64,000 nucleotides of DNA, taken from Gemmatimonadota bacterium (GTDB lineage Bacteria; Gemmatimonadota; Gemmatimonadetes; Gemmatimonadales; GWC2-71-9). The position numbers and the translations under genes are program-made. A model generated the notes under the pieces. The model searched no databases. It saw only the letters and a list, made by a program, of their open reading frames with translations, and was not told where the DNA came from. Of this stretch, positions 26,492 through 36,538 are shown piece by piece (the first letter of the stretch is position 1; the number at the start of each line of letters is the position of its first letter). The DNA is taken from the NCBI GenBank assembly GCA_039591615.1, contig JBDHDH010000003.1, positions 46,670-110,669 of the forward strand. Reading direction: 5' to 3'.

Positions 26492-28339
26492 GTGTGCGGC
26501 ATCTTTGGGGCGGTACGGTTCGGCAACATGCCTGTGCGGGAAGGTCATCTACTCGATGGCATGGGCGATCTCCTCCGTCATCGTGGTCCGGACGGGGCCG
26601 GCGTGCTGCGAAGCGACCAGGCCGTCCTGGGGGCCCGCCGACTCCGTGTGCGGGATCCACGAACCCTCGGAGATCAACCGTTCAGAGACCCAGCCGGCCG
26701 TTTTTGGGTCGCCTGCAACGGCGAGATCTACAACGCCGACCGACTACGTGACCGCTACCGGGAGTTCCCGTTTCGATCACGGTCGGACGTCGAACCCATC
26801 GTTCCGCTCGTGCTCCATCACGGCGTACCTGGAATCGCGCAGCTCGATGGCATGTTTGCGCTGGTCGTCTGGGACGTGTGCCAACAACGGCTGATCCTCG
26901 CCCGAGACAGGGCTGGTGAGAAACCTCTGTTCTACGGCCGCCTCCAGGACGAGATCTGGTTTGCCTCTGAGATCCAAGCCCTGCTGGGACATCCGGGCAT
27001 CTCTCAGGCGCTGGACCCCGAAGCCCTCGATGACCTTCTGACTGTCGGGTACATCCTCGAGCCGAAGACCATGTTTGCGGGGATCAAGAAGGTTCCGGCC
27101 GGCACCGTGCTGGTGATGGCGGCGGAGGGGGACGAGGTCGAGCGGTACTGGCCGCCACCGCCGGTTGAAGATCTCGCGTGCTCGGAGCCCGCCGCGACGC
27201 GCAGGCTGGATAGCCTCCTCCAGCACGCCGTGGCGAAGCAACTCGTCGCCGACGTTCCGGTCGGCATCTTTACCAGCGGCGGTGTCGACTCCTCTCTACT
27301 CGCGGCCATGGCCGCCGAGGCACTCGGACCGCAACCGCTGCGTCTGTTCTCGGTCGGCTTTCGAGCCCCGTCGTACGACGAAACAGCGCCCGCAGCCCGG
27401 GTGGCCAGGTACCTGGGCCTCAGTCATGTCGTCGTGCAAGCAGGGCCGCACGAGCTTCGGGAGGCCCTGGCTACGCTCATCGACACCATCGCGGAGCCCA
27501 TCGCCGACCCTGCCGTGCTCCCGACCTACTTGCTGGCCCGGCGGGCGCGCGATGAGGTCACCGTCGTGCTGAGCGGGGAAGGCGCCGACGAGCTGTTTGG
27601 GGGATATCCCACCTACCTCGGGCACCGGCTCGCGAACGCTTTTGCGACGCTCCCACTCCCCGTGCGAGCGGCCATCCGTGGGCTCGCCGACGCTATGCCC
27701 GTTTCCCAGCGCAAGGTCTCAACCGGATTCCTGTTGAAGCGTTTCGTGTCCGCCGCCGAGCGTGACTGGTTCGATCGTCACATCCACTGGTTCGGAACCG
27801 GGATGCCTGATTCCGCCCGACGAGAACGCTGGGTGAGCAGCCACCGCCCACTGGTGGCGGCCAGATCGGGAGACTTGCTTTCGGACGTCATGCTGCTGGA
27901 TTACCGGACGTACCTGAGGGATGGACTGCTCGTAAAGCTGGATCGAGCGGCGATGCTGGCGTCATTGGAAACCCGGGCGCCGTATCTCGACAGGGACGTC
28001 ACGCGGTTTGCGTTGGGCCTGCACTCCCGCCTCAAGGTTCGTGGATGGACGACCAAGTGGATTCTCAAGGAGGTCGCTCGGCGGTGGCTCCCCACAGCGG
28101 TCGTCAAGCGGCGAAAGCGAGGGCTCAGCGTGCCGGTCGCGGCCTGGCTCAACGGTGAGCTCCGGAGCGAGGTCGACCGCCTGCTCGATCCCCGACGGAT
28201 GGCCTGCCGGGGGGTGTTGCAGCCGCGGCTCGTTCAGCAGCTTCTTGCTGAGCACCGCAGCGGTCGCGCCGATCACGCGCGGGCGCTGTGGCCACTCGTC
28301 GTCTTCGAACTCTGGCACGAACGGTGGCTAGGAGGTTGA
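26492..28339 (+). CDS. Asparagine synthase (glutamine-hydrolysing) family amidotransferase
   Basis: This is the internal part of ORF 26210-28339. GTG 26492 gives (M)CGIFGAV, the N-terminal Cys nucleophile. The PP-loop reads FTSGGVDSS. It starts 2 nt after the GT39 stop. Confidence 0.85.
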   Translation: MCGIFGAVRFGNMPVREGHLLDGMGDLLRHRGPDGAGVLRSDQAVLGARRLRVRDPRTLGDQPFRDPAGRFWVACNGEIYNADRLRDRYREFPFRSRSDVEPIVPLVLHHGVPGIAQLDGMFALVVWDVCQQRLILARDRAGEKPLFYGRLQDEIWFASEIQALLGHPGISQALDPEALDDLLTVGYILEPKTMFAGIKKVPAGTVLVMAAEGDEVERYWPPPPVEDLACSEPAATRRLDSLLQHAVAKQLVADVPVGIFTSGGVDSSLLAAMAAEALGPQPLRLFSVGFRAPSYDETAPAARVARYLGLSHVVVQAGPHELREALATLIDTIAEPIADPAVLPTYLLARRARDEVTVVLSGEGADELFGGYPTYLGHRLANAFATLPLPVRAAIRGLADAMPVSQRKVSTGFLLKRFVSAAERDWFDRHIHWFGTGMPDSARRERWVSSHRPLVAARSGDLLSDVMLLDYRTYLRDGLLVKLDRAAMLASLETRAPYLDRDVTRFALGLHSRLKVRGWTTKWILKEVARRWLPTAVVKRRKRGLSVPVAAWLNGELRSEVDRLLDPRRMACRGVLQPRLVQQLLAEHRSGRADHARALWPLVVFELWHERWLGG

Positions 28340-28343
28340 CACG

Positions 28344-28919
28344 ATGACACGGGACGAAGCCCTGGCCCTCATGCACGAATACACCGAGTCGGATGCATTG
28401 CGAAAGCACATGTATGCGGTGGAAGCCGCAATGCGTGCCTATGCGAAACAGTACGGGGAAGACCAGGACGAATGGGGAATCGTGGGCCTGCTGCACGACT
28501 TCGACTACGAACGGCATCCCAATGATGATCATCATCCGACCGAGGGCCACCCGTCATTTGGAGTAGGCCTTCTGAGGGAGCGGGAGCTTCCCGAGCCCAT
28601 GTGCCAGGCGATCCTCGGTCATGCCAGTTACACCGGTGTCGAGAGAGAATCCCTCATGGCGAGAGCGCTCTTCGCGGTCGACGAGCTCTGTGGGTTTCTC
28701 GTCGCGTGCGCCCTGGTTCGGCCCTCCAGGAGCCTCAGAGATCTCGAGGTGAAGAGCGTCAAGAAGAAACTCAAGGACAAGGCGTTCGCCCGTGGGGTCA
28801 ACAGGGAGGAAGTCAAGCAGGGTGCCTCGGAACTGGATGTGCCTCTCGACGATCACGTGCGATTCGTCATCGAGTCGCTACGACCGGTAGAAGAGACCTT
28901 GGGCCTCGGGTCACCGTGA
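28344..28919 (+). CDS. HD domain phosphohydrolase
   Basis: GGAGG lies 8 nt upstream of ATG 28344. The HD motif reads LLHDFDYERHP, with additional His residues (HHPTEGH). Confidence 0.8.
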   Translation: MTRDEALALMHEYTESDALRKHMYAVEAAMRAYAKQYGEDQDEWGIVGLLHDFDYERHPNDDHHPTEGHPSFGVGLLRERELPEPMCQAILGHASYTGVERESLMARALFAVDELCGFLVACALVRPSRSLRDLEVKSVKKKLKDKAFARGVNREEVKQGASELDVPLDDHVRFVIESLRPVEETLGLGSP

Positions 28920-30331
28920 AGCACGCCGTTGTCCCAGCGGGTGAGCAGCGACGGACTCGGGTCCATCGGGCTCTCGACCGCGCCTGCGGCGGGCGGGCGA
29001 TACCCGGAAACCGCGTGACTTACCTGACGGACGGACCCGAGACGTTCGACACGATGCTCGGGTTGATCGACGCGGCAGCGCAGTGGATCCATTTCGAGAA
29101 CTACATCATTCGAAGCGACGCCACCGGCGAGCGCTTCGCGGAGCATCTCGCCTCGGCGGCGGGCCGCGGCGTCCAGGTGCACGTGCTATATGACCACCTC
29201 GGGAGTCGCGGCACCAAACGGTCGTATTGGAAACGTCTCACCAAAGCGGGGGTGTATGTTCGCGCCTTCAACCGACTCAACCCCTTTCGGCCGCTGAGGT
29301 CGGTGAGGCGCAACCATCGAAAGTACGTTGGTATCGACGGCGGGCGCGCCGTCGTGGGCGGCCTCTGCATCGGAGACGAGTGGTCGGGACCTCCCTACGT
29401 GCAGAGCCCGCCGTGGCGGGACACGGCCGTCCTGCTGGTGGGGCCGACGGTCCCCCTTCTCGATGCGACGTTTCTCAGGAACTGGGAAGAGAGTGGGGCA
29501 TCGCCCCCCAACCTCGAGCCCCCGGAAGTGCCAGGAGCCCCAGGGAGCGCAGCGGTGCGAGTCATCGATGGAATACCCGGCAGGCTCAGGCTGTTCAGGG
29601 CAATACAGTTCCTCGTCGCCAGCGCCGCCGACCGGCTGTGGATCACCGACGCCTATCTCGTAGCGCCCAGCCCCATCTACGCGGGCCTGATCGCCGCGGC
29701 TCGTGACGGCGTGGACGTACGATTACTAGTTCCGGGCCGCACCGATATCCCCGCCGTGCGTGCGCTGACGCGAGTGGGATACCGTGAGCTCCTGGAGGCG
29801 GGGGTGCGCATCTGGGAGTGGCACGGGCCCATGCTTCACGCCAAGACGGTCATTGCCGATGAGCTGTGGTTCAAGGTGGGCTCCAGCAACCTCAATCCGT
29901 CGAGTCTCCTCAGCAACCACGAGTTGGACGTCCTCATCGAGGATACGGTCCTACCGACGAGCGCCGCGCAACAGTTCCGACGAGACCTCAACGACTCCGT
30001 GGAGATCGTCCTGCGCGGGCGGCGTGGGCCGGAGCGTCTGGCGGCGAGGCTCCCACCCGCAGTCGTGCCGGTAGCCGTGCCACCCGCGCGTGGGCGCAGG
30101 CCTACGACGCGTCGAGAGCTCCAGCACCGAGCCGTCATGACGCTGAGTCAGGTGGCCAGGGGCGCCCGTCGGTCGATCGCGGGGGCGTTGCTCTTCGTAT
30201 CCCTGGGAGCCGGGGTGCTCTTCGTCGCCCTGCCCCGCATGATGGCGTATGCACTAGCGGCGGCGTCCTTCGGACTCGCCGCGCTGGCCGCCTGGGAGTT
30301 CCTCCGGCGCCGTGCCTACCGGGAAGAGTAG
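28916..30331 (+). CDS. Phospholipase D / cardiolipin synthase family protein with a C-terminal membrane anchor
   Basis: This is the internal part of ORF 28601-30331. GTG 28916 overlaps the HD gene stop (GTGA). Two HKD motifs are present, HRKYVGID and HAKTVIAD...GSSNLN. Two hydrophobic segments lie at the C-terminus. Confidence 0.8.
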   Translation: MKHAVVPAGEQRRTRVHRALDRACGGRAIPGNRVTYLTDGPETFDTMLGLIDAAAQWIHFENYIIRSDATGERFAEHLASAAGRGVQVHVLYDHLGSRGTKRSYWKRLTKAGVYVRAFNRLNPFRPLRSVRRNHRKYVGIDGGRAVVGGLCIGDEWSGPPYVQSPPWRDTAVLLVGPTVPLLDATFLRNWEESGASPPNLEPPEVPGAPGSAAVRVIDGIPGRLRLFRAIQFLVASAADRLWITDAYLVAPSPIYAGLIAAARDGVDVRLLVPGRTDIPAVRALTRVGYRELLEAGVRIWEWHGPMLHAKTVIADELWFKVGSSNLNPSSLLSNHELDVLIEDTVLPTSAAQQFRRDLNDSVEIVLRGRRGPERLAARLPPAVVPVAVPPARGRRPTTRRELQHRAVMTLSQVARGARRSIAGALLFVSLGAGVLFVALPRMMAYALAAASFGLAALAAWEFLRRRAYREE

Positions 30332-30347
30332 CTCAACGTTCCCGTCT
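30322..30347 (+). promoter_or_regulatory. ECF-sigma-type promoter candidate directly upstream of the ECF sigma gene
   Basis: GGAAG (30322-30326), a 16-nt spacer, then CGTCT (30343-30347), compared with the ECF consensus GGAAC-N16/17-CGTC. The -10 element ends 4 nt before GTG 30352, which implies a leaderless or near-leaderless transcript. Confidence 0.3.
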
Positions 30348-30351
30348 CCTC

Positions 30352-30918
30352 GTGCGTAAGCGTGACAGGGAGGATGAGGAGCTCGCCGCCCTCGCATCGG
30401 CAGGAGACCGCGAAGCGTTCGGGGAGCTGGTCAGGCGCTACACCGGACAGGCTCGGCGACTGGCCAGGACCATCCTGCGGAATGCCGCGGACGCGGACGA
30501 CGCGGCCCAGGACGCGTTCCTGGCGGCCCTGCGGCATCTCCCGCGATACGATCCGAACCGGCCCTTTGGGCCCTGGCTCATGCGGATCGTCGCGAACGCC
30601 GCCGCTGATAGACGAAGACGCGAGCGGGTGCGCCAGGCCCACCCGCTGTCACCCCGTCTCCCATCTCGGGAGCCTGCCCCGTCCACGAGGGCCGACGACA
30701 GCGCGTTCTGGGAGGCTCTGGAGGAAGCGCTGGCGCAGCTTCCCGAGCGGCAACGAGTCGCGGTAGTCCTGTTCGATGTCGAGGGATACTCCCATCGGGA
30801 GATCGCTGACGTACTCAACATCCCGGTGGGGACAGTTCGGTCCGACGTTTTTCACGGCCGCCGGGGACTCCGGCAGGCGTTGGCGCCGTGGAAGGATTGG
30901 ATGGAGGAAACGACATGA
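30352..30918 (+). CDS. ECF (sigma-70 family group 4) RNA polymerase sigma factor
   Basis: This is the internal part of ORF 29866-30918, starting at GTG 30352. Region 2 reads DREAFGELVRRY...DAAQDAFLAAL. Region 4 reads LPERQRVAVVLFDVEGYSHREIADVLNIPVGTVRS. Confidence 0.85.
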   Translation: MRKRDREDEELAALASAGDREAFGELVRRYTGQARRLARTILRNAADADDAAQDAFLAALRHLPRYDPNRPFGPWLMRIVANAAADRRRRERVRQAHPLSPRLPSREPAPSTRADDSAFWEALEEALAQLPERQRVAVVLFDVEGYSHREIADVLNIPVGTVRSDVFHGRRGLRQALAPWKDWMEETT

Positions 30919-31286
30919 GCGAACGCTCTGTTTTTGATCACCGACCTGATCCCGAGCTGGGGCGCGTCTTGCGAGCTCTCCTCTCCTCGAACGACGATGA
31001 CATCTTCGCCGCGCGCATCCTCGCCTCGGCGCACCGGAGCCAGGGTGAGATTCAGTGGTGGGAGGTACTCACCGCTTGGGCCCGACCCGGACTCATCGCG
31101 GCCGGGATCCTGGCAGCCGCTGCGACCGTGTGGTCGCTCAGGGCCTTGCCGGAGGGCAACAGCGGTGTTCAGCTGGGCGATCCGCTATCTGCCGCGGGCG
31201 AGCGAGCAGCGGTTCCAGCGTATCTCGTCTCGCCCGAGACGTGGGACATCGACGCCGTGATGGCGGCGTTCACAGAGAACGAATAG
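30915..31286 (+). CDS. Putative anti-sigma factor (single-pass membrane protein)
   Basis: ATG 30915 overlaps the sigma gene stop (ATGA). One TM segment (GLIAAGILAAAATVWSL). The call is by position only. Confidence 0.5.
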   Translation: MSERSVFDHRPDPELGRVLRALLSSNDDDIFAARILASAHRSQGEIQWWEVLTAWARPGLIAAGILAAAATVWSLRALPEGNSGVQLGDPLSAAGERAAVPAYLVSPETWDIDAVMAAFTENE

Positions 31287-31315
31287 CGAATCAGTCGAAG
31301 GCAAGGATAGGGACG

Positions 31316-31720
31316 ATGCTGAATCGATCGAAGCTCTTGGCCGCTGGACTGCTGGTTGGCACGTTCATTACCGGTGCCGCTGTGGGGGGAGCATTATCCG
31401 CAGCTTGGGGCGACGGCGACCGTGGCACGCCAAGAGAGCCAGCCAGACACCATGGCTATGCCGAACGACTACAGGCTGAGCTGGCGTTGTCAACCGAGCA
31501 GCGTGATTCGGTAGCTGCGATTCTCACGCGACGCGAGGAACAGATGCACGCCATCTGGCAGGGAGTCCGGCCGCGATTCGACTCGCTGCGTACCGCCATT
31601 CGAGGAGAAATCATGGCGTTGCTGAACGACGAGCAGCAAGGGAAATACCAAGCGCTCATTGAGCGGAGCGACAGTCTCCGGGCGCTGCGGAGGAACGGAG
31701 GACGACGACATGGGAGGTAG
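31316..31720 (+). CDS. Periplasmic LTXXQ-motif protein (Spy/CpxP-like)
   Basis: This is the internal part of ORF 31055-31720; ATG 31316 is preceded by aaggataggga. It has a signal/TM segment and two LTXXQ-like motifs (LSTEQRD, LNDEQQG). Confidence 0.6.
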   Translation: MLNRSKLLAAGLLVGTFITGAAVGGALSAAWGDGDRGTPREPARHHGYAERLQAELALSTEQRDSVAAILTRREEQMHAIWQGVRPRFDSLRTAIRGEIMALLNDEQQGKYQALIERSDSLRALRRNGGRRHGR

Positions 31721-32999
31721 ACGGGTTTTCGCATCCCTTTGCTGGGCGATCGCTATTATGTCGATCACTACACCAATGCGTGCACAGGTTCGCACCGTGA
31801 CGCTGGATGAAGCAGTCGCTCTGGCCCTTCAGGCAAACCCCACTGTGGTTCAGGCGAGGGGGCAGCTGAATGTCGCCGCCGCCTCACGGCGAGAGGCAAT
31901 CGGAAATTGGCTACCCACCATCAACGGTAACTCGGGGTGGAGCAGGAATTCGTCCAGCCGCTTCGACCAGGCAACGCAGCGAACGGTGGCCGGCGCTGCG
32001 ACTTCATACTCGGCGGGATTCAACGCATCGCTGCAGCTTTTTGACGGCTTCAGCCGTATCGCGGAAGGACGAGTAGCAGCCGCTGACGTCGCTAGCGCCG
32101 ACGCCGCGCTCATCAACCAACAATTCCAAGTCACGCTCCAGACGAAGCAGGTGTTTTTCACCGCTTTGGCGGCTGACGAGCTGGTTCAAGTATCCGAGAC
32201 GAGGATCCAGCGAGCCGATGAACAGATGAAGATCGCGAAGGACAAGCTCGCCGCTGGCACCGCCACTCGTTCCGACACTCTCCGGGCCCGCGTCGAGTTG
32301 GGAAATGCACAGCTCCAGCTCCTGAACGCCCAGACGCAGCGAGCAACGGCCGAGGCGGACCTGGCGCGCCTCATGGGTGTGGATGGTGGCATACGGGCTG
32401 CCGAGGAACCTGCCCTCTTCGCACCCATCGACTTGGACACCGCCCGATTGCGCGAGGCGGCGTTGGCGAATTCTCCGCTCATCGGTCGCGCGCTGGCCGA
32501 CGCCAATGCCGCCGACGCGCAGATCACCGCGACCCGCGCCCAGTATTTCCCCACGGTGACTGCATCGTACTCCAACTCGTGGGCCGGGGCCCAGCTGGAT
32601 CAGCTCAACAACACATGGTCGATGCGATTGAGCCTCCAGTGGCCATTGTTCAACGGATTCACTCGCGAGTCGAACTACGCGCGTGCCGCTGCCAATCAGG
32701 ACGCCGCTCGCGCCCAGGCCGACGACGCACGCCGACAGGTCAATGCTGATCTCACCCAGTATCTGGCAGCGTTGGCATCGTCCAGCGCCCGCGTAGAGAT
32801 CGCCGAAGCCAGCCGCGCAGCGGCGGACGAGGATCTCCGCGTTCTGCGTGAGCGATATCGTCTTGGCGCAGCAACGATACTCGATGTCCTCACGTCGCAG
32901 GTGAGCCTGGACCAGACAGAGGTGGACATGGTACAAGCACGGCTCGATTTTTTGGTCGCCAAGGCGCAGATCGAAGCGCTGATCGGGAGGGAGCTATGA
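31710..32999 (+). CDS. TolC family outer membrane efflux protein
   Basis: ORF 31659-32999 trimmed to ATG 31710, which gives the signal peptide [26 protein letters not shown]. The start [19 protein letters not shown] and the duplicated coiled-coil repeats are typical of TolC. Confidence 0.8.
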   Translation: MGGRRVFASLCWAIAIMSITTPMRAQVRTVTLDEAVALALQANPTVVQARGQLNVAAASRREAIGNWLPTINGNSGWSRNSSSRFDQATQRTVAGAATSYSAGFNASLQLFDGFSRIAEGRVAAADVASADAALINQQFQVTLQTKQVFFTALAADELVQVSETRIQRADEQMKIAKDKLAAGTATRSDTLRARVELGNAQLQLLNAQTQRATAEADLARLMGVDGGIRAAEEPALFAPIDLDTARLREAALANSPLIGRALADANAADAQITATRAQYFPTVTASYSNSWAGAQLDQLNNTWSMRLSLQWPLFNGFTRESNYARAAANQDAARAQADDARRQVNADLTQYLAALASSSARVEIAEASRAAADEDLRVLRERYRLGAATILDVLTSQVSLDQTEVDMVQARLDFLVAKAQIEALIGREL

Positions 33000-33742
33000 C
33001 GAGTGCGATCTATCCAATGGATTTTCGTACGGGAGATATCCCCACTCCCGACATCATCATTTTGACACACCGACTCACGCGAGACTACGAGCTGGGCGCT
33101 GAGGTCGTGCATGCGCTCCGGGATGTCCACCTCCAGATCCGTCAGAACGAATTCGTCGCCATCATGGGACCCTCGGGCTCAGGCAAATCCACCTTGATGA
33201 ACCTGCTGGGGTGTCTGGACACGCCGACCTCCGGCGAATACTGGCTGAACGCACAGAAGGTGAGCGAGCTCGACGACGACGAACTGGCACGCATCCGGAA
33301 CAAGGAAATCGGGTTTGTCTTTCAGACCTTCAACCTGCTGCCCAGGGCGACGGCGTTGCACAACGTCGAGCTGCCACTGATCTACGCCGGCCTGTCCGCC
33401 AAGGACCGCCGAGAGCGAGCCAGGGAGGCACTGGACAGCGTCGGTCTGGGAGACCGTATGCAGCACAAGCCCAACGAGCTCTCAGGCGGCCAGCGCCAAC
33501 GAGTCGCCATCGCACGAGCGCTCGCGAACAGGCCGAGCATTCTGCTGGCCGACGAGCCGACGGGCAACCTCGACAGCGCAACGAGTAACGAGATCATGGA
33601 GGTCTTCGAGCGCCTCCATGCAGCGGGACATACCATCATCGTCATCACCCACGAGCGCGACATCGCGGCCCACTCTCACCGGCAGATCCATCTGTTGGAC
33701 GGCCGCGTCGAGAGCGACATCCCGACAGCGAGTGTGCAATGA
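32996..33742 (+). CDS. ABC transporter ATP-binding protein, MacB/LolD type
   Basis: Walker [10 protein letters not shown], signature LSGGQRQR, Walker [13 protein letters not shown] and H-loop ITHE. ATGA overlaps on both sides. Confidence 0.9.
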   Translation: MTSAIYPMDFRTGDIPTPDIIILTHRLTRDYELGAEVVHALRDVHLQIRQNEFVAIMGPSGSGKSTLMNLLGCLDTPTSGEYWLNAQKVSELDDDELARIRNKEIGFVFQTFNLLPRATALHNVELPLIYAGLSAKDRRERAREALDSVGLGDRMQHKPNELSGGQRQRVAIARALANRPSILLADEPTGNLDSATSNEIMEVFERLHAAGHTIIVITHERDIAAHSHRQIHLLDGRVESDIPTASVQ

Positions 33743-35256
33743 GTACCAAGCGACTCTTACGCTTTTTCATTCCAACAGCGATCCTCGTGACCGCTGTGGG
33801 CTGCGACGAACCACCCCCACCGCCCATGTACCAGGCGGTTGCGGTCTCCACCCGCAACATCGTGGTCTCCGTGAGCGCCGCGGGCACCGTTGAGCCCGTT
33901 AGCACGGTCGACGTGAAGTCCAAGGCGTCTGGCGAGATCTTCGAGACCCAGGTGGAAACTGGTGATCAAGTGAATGTTGGTGACCTCCTGGTGCGGGTTG
34001 ACCCGCGGGTTCCCCGCAACGCGCTTCTCGAGGCGGAGGCCGATCTCGAAGTGGCGAAAGCCCAGCTGACGAACGCCGAATCGCAGCTGCGACGGGCGGT
34101 CGAGCTCTACAAGACGCAGTCCATCACCGAACAGGAGTTCGAAACGGCGAACCTACAACAAGCGACCGCGAAGGCCCAGCTGGTCCGCGCCGAGCGATCC
34201 CTCGAAGACGCTCGCATCTCCTTTGAAGACACCGAAGTGCGAGCGCCCATCAAGGGCGTGATCATCGAGAAGAACGTCGAACTCGGGACCGTGATTTCCT
34301 CCGCAACCAGGGAAGTTGGTGGCGGCACGGTGCTGTTGCAGATGGCCAACCTCGATACCGTGCAGGTCCGGACCTTGGTCGATGAGACGGATATCGGCAA
34401 GGTCCGTCCCGGTCTGGACGTCACCATCACCGTCGATGCGTATCCCAACCAGCCGTTCCGGGGCAGTGTGCTGAAGATCGAGCCTCAGGCAACCGTCGAG
34501 CAAAACGTCACCATGTTTCCGGTGTTGATCCGAATCGGAAACCCCCGTGGTTTGCTCCGGCCCGGCATGAATGCAGAGGTGGAGATTCATATCGGCTCCC
34601 GCGAAGGCGTGCTGGCGATCCCCAATGCCGCCCTGCGCACCGAGCAGGACATGTCGGCAGGCGGGGAGGTGCTCGGCCTCGATGGAGAGACGATCCGCCA
34701 GCAGTTGGCCTCCGCGCGACAGGCGCGCGACAGCGCAGACGGACGCGCCACCATGGCAGGGGCTGCGGCAGCTGAGCCTGGACGCGAGACCGTGAGCTTG
34801 CCCGGTGGCCGCATGCTCGAGCTGCCCGAGGGCGTCACGGCCGAGCAGGTACAATCGGTCTTCCGGAAGATGCGCTCTGGTGGGGGCCCCCAATCCCTGT
34901 CCGGCGACGAGCGGGAGATCATGACGAAGGTCCGGGCAGCGATGGGCCGCGCCAGACCGGCGCGGCAGACACAGGGTGGCAGCGACTACCTCTTCGGCGG
35001 GAACTACGTCGTCTTCGTCGTGCGGGATGGCGACCCTCAGGCGGTGCCCATACGCACCGGGCTCACCGACCTGGACTATTCCGAGGTCGTCTCGGGTCTC
35101 ACGGAAGCGGACACGGTGCTCATTCTGCCCAGCGCCAGCCTGGTCGCGAGCCAACGAGAGTGGCAGGATCGCATTGCCCGGGTGCGCGGCGGCGGTCTGC
35201 CGGGCGTCCAGCGACAAACGTCGTCACGCTCGAACTCCCAGGGAGGAGGCCGCTGA
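33739..35256 (+). CDS. Efflux periplasmic adaptor (MacA/HlyD family) lipoprotein with a long insertion
   Basis: Lipobox TAVGC. It has the lipoyl/hairpin region [19 protein letters not shown] and a coiled coil. An extra segment of about 100 aa precedes the membrane-proximal domain. Confidence 0.8.
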   Translation: MSTKRLLRFFIPTAILVTAVGCDEPPPPPMYQAVAVSTRNIVVSVSAAGTVEPVSTVDVKSKASGEIFETQVETGDQVNVGDLLVRVDPRVPRNALLEAEADLEVAKAQLTNAESQLRRAVELYKTQSITEQEFETANLQQATAKAQLVRAERSLEDARISFEDTEVRAPIKGVIIEKNVELGTVISSATREVGGGTVLLQMANLDTVQVRTLVDETDIGKVRPGLDVTITVDAYPNQPFRGSVLKIEPQATVEQNVTMFPVLIRIGNPRGLLRPGMNAEVEIHIGSREGVLAIPNAALRTEQDMSAGGEVLGLDGETIRQQLASARQARDSADGRATMAGAAAAEPGRETVSLPGGRMLELPEGVTAEQVQSVFRKMRSGGGPQSLSGDEREIMTKVRAAMGRARPARQTQGGSDYLFGGNYVVFVVRDGDPQAVPIRTGLTDLDYSEVVSGLTEADTVLILPSASLVASQREWQDRIARVRGGGLPGVQRQTSSRSNSQGGGR

Positions 35257-36470
35257 TGCTGATCGGCGAAATTATCCAGGTCGCCATCGGCGCGATCCGC
35301 GCCAACAAGCTCCGATCGTTCCTCACGGCGTTGGGCATCGTGATCGGCGTGGGTGCCGTGATCACCATGGTTTCGTTGGGAGACGGTGCGCGCAAGGCCG
35401 TGCAGGAACAGATCGAGTCTCTGGGAACCAATCTGCTTACCGTCTATCCCGGACAGGGCTTCCGGCACCGCGTCGCGGGGGCGGACAGGGCAGTCATCAC
35501 GTCGGATGATGCCGCAGCCCTCGAGGCGGATGGTCGTGGCTTCGCCTCCATCATCCCCGAGTTGCGGGCCAACAGGCAAGTGGAGTACGGCAACCGGAAC
35601 CTCAATGTGAGCGTCACCGGTACCGTCCCCGCCTACGTACCGGTCAATCAGTATGGGATGCAGGTAGGCCAGATGTTCAGCGTCGGTGACGACGAGTCGC
35701 GAAGGCGTGTCGCCATGCTCGGCTACGCGATCCCCAACATGCTCAGCACGACCCCCGAGATGCTGGTTGGGAAGTCCATCTCGATTGGCGGCATTCCGTT
35801 CGAGATCGTTGGCGTGCTGGCAGAAAAGGGAGCACAGGGAAGCTGGCGGAATCCCGATGAAATGATTCTGATCCCCCTCCAAACGGCGCAGTTCCGGTTA
35901 CTGGGCAGCGATCGCTTGGGTTCTATCACGGTCGAGGTCGCGAATTCGGACTCCATGGCTGTCGCGATGCTCGAGATCGAGCGAATCATGCGGCGGGAAC
36001 ACGCCATCCCGCCTGGCGCCGACAACGACTTTCAGATTCTGAGACGAGCCCAGTTCCTCGCCACGTTGGAAGACACGACCCAGACCTTCACCTGGCTGCT
36101 GGCCAGCATCGCTGCCGTGAGCCTTCTGGTTGGCGGAATCGGGATCATGAACATCATGCTGGTCTCGGTCACCGAGCGCACCCGGGAGATCGGCGTGCGG
36201 AAGGCTCTAGGAGCCACCCGCAACAACATCATGCTCCAGTTCTTGATCGAGGCTCTGGTGCTCTGCATGCTGGGTGGGGTCTTGGGCATTCTCGTGGGCT
36301 CGGGAGGAGCCATTGCGCTGTCGAGGCTGGCCAACTGGAACACGTTGCTCTCCCCGGACGCGATCGTCATCGCGTTCACGTTCAGCGCCCTCGTGGGGAT
36401 CTTCTTCGGTCTCTGGCCGGCCCGCCGCGCCGCGCGACTGGATCCGATTGAGGCGTTGCGGTACGAGTAG
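35256..36470 (+). CDS. ABC transporter permease, MacB/FtsX type
   Basis: This is the internal part of ORF 35160-36470. ATG 35256 shares one nt with the adaptor stop (TGATG). It has the MacB_PCD-type periplasmic domain plus the C-terminal FtsX motif ERTREIGVRKALGA. Confidence 0.85.
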   Translation: MLIGEIIQVAIGAIRANKLRSFLTALGIVIGVGAVITMVSLGDGARKAVQEQIESLGTNLLTVYPGQGFRHRVAGADRAVITSDDAAALEADGRGFASIIPELRANRQVEYGNRNLNVSVTGTVPAYVPVNQYGMQVGQMFSVGDDESRRRVAMLGYAIPNMLSTTPEMLVGKSISIGGIPFEIVGVLAEKGAQGSWRNPDEMILIPLQTAQFRLLGSDRLGSITVEVANSDSMAVAMLEIERIMRREHAIPPGADNDFQILRRAQFLATLEDTTQTFTWLLASIAAVSLLVGGIGIMNIMLVSVTERTREIGVRKALGATRNNIMLQFLIEALVLCMLGGVLGILVGSGGAIALSRLANWNTLLSPDAIVIAFTFSALVGIFFGLWPARRAARLDPIEALRYE

Positions 36471-36487
36471 CATGCCGGCTACCGGGT

Positions 36488-36524
36488 GTCGGGTGTTGGA
36501 GAGCTAGCGCTCCCTCGACCCGAC
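36488..36524 (+). terminator. Candidate imperfect hairpin after the efflux operon
   Basis: gtcgggt (36488-36494) pairs with acccgac (36518-36524). The inner partial stem is gagagc/gctccc around tagc. No U-tract. Confidence 0.25.
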
Positions 36525-36538
36525 GTCCCACACCTCCC

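Noticed and set aside
7809-28339. PqqD-like protein plus asparagine-synthase-like enzyme as parts of a lasso-peptide cluster.
   Set aside because: The two genes are 18 kb apart on unrelated operons. No transglutaminase-like protease or precursor peptide is present. The AsnB homolog is tightly embedded in the GT39-HD-PLD operon.
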